From Basidiobolus meristosporus CBS 931.73 (lineage: Eukaryota; Fungi; Basidiobolomycota): 64,000 nt of DNA. Shown one piece after another: positions 61,319 to 64,000 of this stretch. A program made the translations under genes and the position numbers. The notes beneath the pieces were generated by a model. The model worked only from the letters and a program-made list of their open reading frames with translations, searched no databases and was not told the DNA's origin. The stretch covers positions 62,001 through 126,000 of the forward strand of contig MCFE01000010.1 of assembly GCA_002104905.1 (NCBI GenBank). Reading direction: 5' to 3'. The stretch's first letter is position 1. Each line of letters begins with the position of its first letter.

Positions 61319-62245
61319 TTGAAGCACAGCAACAGTGTCCCAAAGATAAAGCCCACAGAAAAACCTATCACAGAGTTGGGAGGGAGACAATGTGGATGTT
61401 TATACCAAAGCCGTAAAAATCAAAAGACATTGAAGATCTGTGAAGCCATTGAGTGCAATAATGAAGAGTGGGCTAATATACAGGAGGCTGTCAGAAGTCT
61501 AGCATGCCATCACCTTAAGGCCGGCATACCATGGGACCATCAGGAACTCAAGGCCAAGCAGAATGCACTTGACTTGTTCCATGAGCATTATCCTGGATTC
61601 AAACAGGCAAACAGATTTTGGGCCAGCATTGGTATGCTAAGAAAGTATCTTAAGAATAGCAGAGACTATCAAAGGCAGAAGAACAAGGGTGCCATGGCTA
61701 AAAACCAGCAGCTTCCTCAAGAGCCTCTTACAAGCAGGGCCAGAAGCTCTAGACAAGCATCAAAGAGACGTCAGGCAGCTGGAAGAGTGCCAATTAGGGA
61801 CAAGCAGGTAGACATGGATGCACCAGCACAACATTTATCAAGGAAAAAGCGTAGTACCACTCAAGTAGCACCCAGTCAAAGTAGCAGTGAAGGACCTGGC
61901 AGTGATAAAAACCAGCTGCTTTTACAGGAGCCCATCACAACTATGGCTGAGAGCTCAAAACAAACTGAAAAGAAACGTCAGGTTGCCAGAAGAGTGCCAG
62001 CAAGGGACAAGCAGGCCAAAACAGATGCATCAGAGCAGAATTTATCCAAGAGAAAATGTAGTTCTTTACAAGAAGCACTCAGACAAAGTAGCAGTGAAAG
62101 ACCTGGCAGTGATAAAGGAACAGGTAAAGGGAAAAATGTCTACCCAAGCCTGAGACAGGGAGGCATGCAAAAAAAACTGCAGTTCTTGCCAATTAATGAC
62201 GCAAGCCAGGAACAGACTGAATCCCATCATAGCCAAGAAGAATAA
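61319..62245 (+). CDS. Accessory ORF2 of E2, unknown function, divergent from the transposase
   Basis: 308-aa open frame (true start uncertain); homologous DNA in E3. Helical core (EWANIQEAVRSLACHHLKAGIPWDHQ..FWASIGMLRKYLKNSR) followed by a basic repeated tail. Confidence 0.6.
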   Translation: MKHSNSVPKIKPTEKPITELGGRQCGCLYQSRKNQKTLKICEAIECNNEEWANIQEAVRSLACHHLKAGIPWDHQELKAKQNALDLFHEHYPGFKQANRFWASIGMLRKYLKNSRDYQRQKNKGAMAKNQQLPQEPLTSRARSSRQASKRRQAAGRVPIRDKQVDMDAPAQHLSRKKRSTTQVAPSQSSSEGPGSDKNQLLLQEPITTMAESSKQTEKKRQVARRVPARDKQAKTDASEQNLSKRKCSSLQEALRQSSSERPGSDKGTGKGKNVYPSLRQGGMQKKLQFLPINDASQEQTESHHSQEE

Positions 62246-64000
62246 CCAACAAGAAAACTGCTGTTTTCACAAGAGTTGGATGCACAGCCAGTTGAGCTAC
62301 ACTCCAGCAAGGTAGATGAGTTTGCTGAAAAAGGCAATTTGTCTACCACAGCCTCCACAGCCTCCATTGTTGACAGAGTAGAGATCACACTGACAGACAA
62401 GGCTACAACATCAAGAGCTTGAAAGACTATCACAATGCCTTTAGTGGAGTTTTGGAACATTAATAGGCACACCAAGAGGTTGCAGCACTTCTTCAAGAGC
62501 AGTGCTCAAGAAAACACATTGGAATATTGCAAGGATTTATTGCAAAGACTGGCAGATGAGGAGCTAGACCCTGCAGTGCCAGCTGAAGATCAGGACGTGT
62601 GGGAACCAGTGAATGGACAGTGGCATAAAGCCATTGGGTTCCTGCCAAAGTCATGGAACCAGAGCATTACAGCAGAAATACTTATTCAGTGGTGGATTTT
62701 AATGGAGTTACTGGTTAAGTATGGGGTATAGAGACTTGTATAGGTCAATACAATTGGCAATTGAGGTACAACTGAAGTTTCAATGGAAATAAATCAATTT
62801 GTATGCATGAAAAGTAAGAGAAACGGTTGAGTCAGGAAGTAAGGAGTGTGAAAAAGAGGCAATAGCCAATCAATTCACACAAATGTAGGAGGCAATAGAT
62901 TGTCTGGGATCAGAAAGTGAGCAAATTGGCAGGGAACCAATCAAAAACCACTTACACATTGTTATGATGAAAAATTTTGACTAAGTTTTTTGTGAAATCT
63001 GGGGTGCAATTATTTTTCAATGGCCTCTGGATGGTGTCCTGACAAGATCAGTACCTCTTAGTCACGGGACTTTAACTTTGTGACAGCCTTTTGACAGGAT
63101 CATCCCAATAATTTTTCATAGGGTTGAAGAAATATAAGCTACCTAAACAACTACATCTGATGATACTCATAGCTTCATTCACCCATCGGAGTTGTAGTAT
63201 TTATATAGGAGAGCACGTATATTTCAAGTACCACTCTGCCAGAGTAGTGGGTCGTGCAGGTGCCACCCTCCTCTACAACCCAACCAGTATCATGCTAACA
63301 GGCATTGTTCACAAAGAAATCCGCCAGATCAATCAATTGCTGGCAACCCATGGGTGATGGAGATGTCCAACCTCAAGACCGTTCATACCATGGAGCAGAC
63401 CCAGGGTAGAACAGTGCTTGTATTACTTCCTGAGTTCCCCACCCAGGCCCAAATGAATCGCCTCATCCCCTCCTGCAAGCCAATGACAATATTTGGGACA
63501 CCAATCAGATTCGTTGCCACCAAAGCGTGCCCTACGAGCTGGGTTTTGCGGAACATAGAGATCTACCCTTACAATTGACAGCAGTCATTGGGCCAACCAC
63601 GAAAGGATCCATTTGTAGCTGGCACGTCACTTTCGCGTACCTGGTTCCACATTGCCCCATGGTTGTGACTGTAGTATGGGAGAGGGAAGGGAGTGGTAGA
63701 TAATAGCAGCTTGGAAGGTGCGGAAGATATGGGCCGGCTGAAGCCCAACTAGCTAGTCTCGGTCGTCAAGCAATTGGATTCTTATTTGGGTAGGTAAGAA
63801 CCTCCCAGGCCTCCAGCAAGGATTAGTGGTTTCTAGTCCTTATCTTACGGCAGATAAGCAAAGGACCCAACCCCCGCTAGCATTTGGCATCGACGGTCTT
63901 GCCTAAATCAACCAGCACTTCGTGAAACGTCGGTTCAGCGGATTTGGTGGCTTGTCGGCACCTGTCAACTCTCAGCGATACCATAGTTGTCTTGGACGCT

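Larger units (their letters stand above)
57347..63123. mobile_element. Full-length CMC/EnSpm-like DNA transposon E2 (5777 bp)
   Basis: TIR CCCTATGAAAAAT (13 bp perfect, 18 of 20 overall) at 57347 and 63104-63123; 3-bp TSD TTG (57344-57346 / 63124-63126). Confidence 0.93.

Noticed and set aside
4200-63130. Classical Neurospora-type CpA RIP as the main mutational force
   Set aside because: CA and TG are abundant and CG is the missing dinucleotide; young ORFs stay open. A minor non-CpG transition component cannot be excluded without an alignment count.
63124-63578. Two short plus-strand ORFs after E2 as a gene
   Set aside because: No recognisable motif in any frame and no ATG-supported start for the first. 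The DNA is CpG-normal and host-like but cannot be assigned.

Overview
Eukaryotic, apparently fungal, genomic window (short GT-AG introns, fungal-type transposons); there is no prokaryotic content and no CRISPR array. Bases 26-3352 hold an intron-containing RBM5/RBM10-like splicing-factor gene (minus strand), followed by a truncated TauD-like dioxygenase pseudogene. From ~4.2 kb to ~63.1 kb the window is a gene-free, strongly CpG-depleted nest of transposons, which I mapped by eye from LTR/TIR ends and target-site duplications (TSDs). Family labels are mine. D and H are Ty1/copia families. B is a Ty3/gypsy chromovirus with a Tf1-type self-priming site and a -1 frameshift signal. G is a second gypsy family, F is known only from LTRs, and E is a CMC/EnSpm-like DNA transposon (one full-length copy with CCC termini and a 3-bp TSD). 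A is a 3.6-kb LTR element encoding only Gag-protease, and C is a related family seen only as solo LTRs. Most notable: every A/C insertion with both flanks visible sits in a 4-bp TSD centred on CG, although the surrounding DNA has almost no CpG. A carries an intact, nearly CpG-free ORF but no RT or integrase. The A, C and B LTRs share perfect heat-shock elements plus a CArG box, and the C LTR shares a ~270-bp module with the leader of B.
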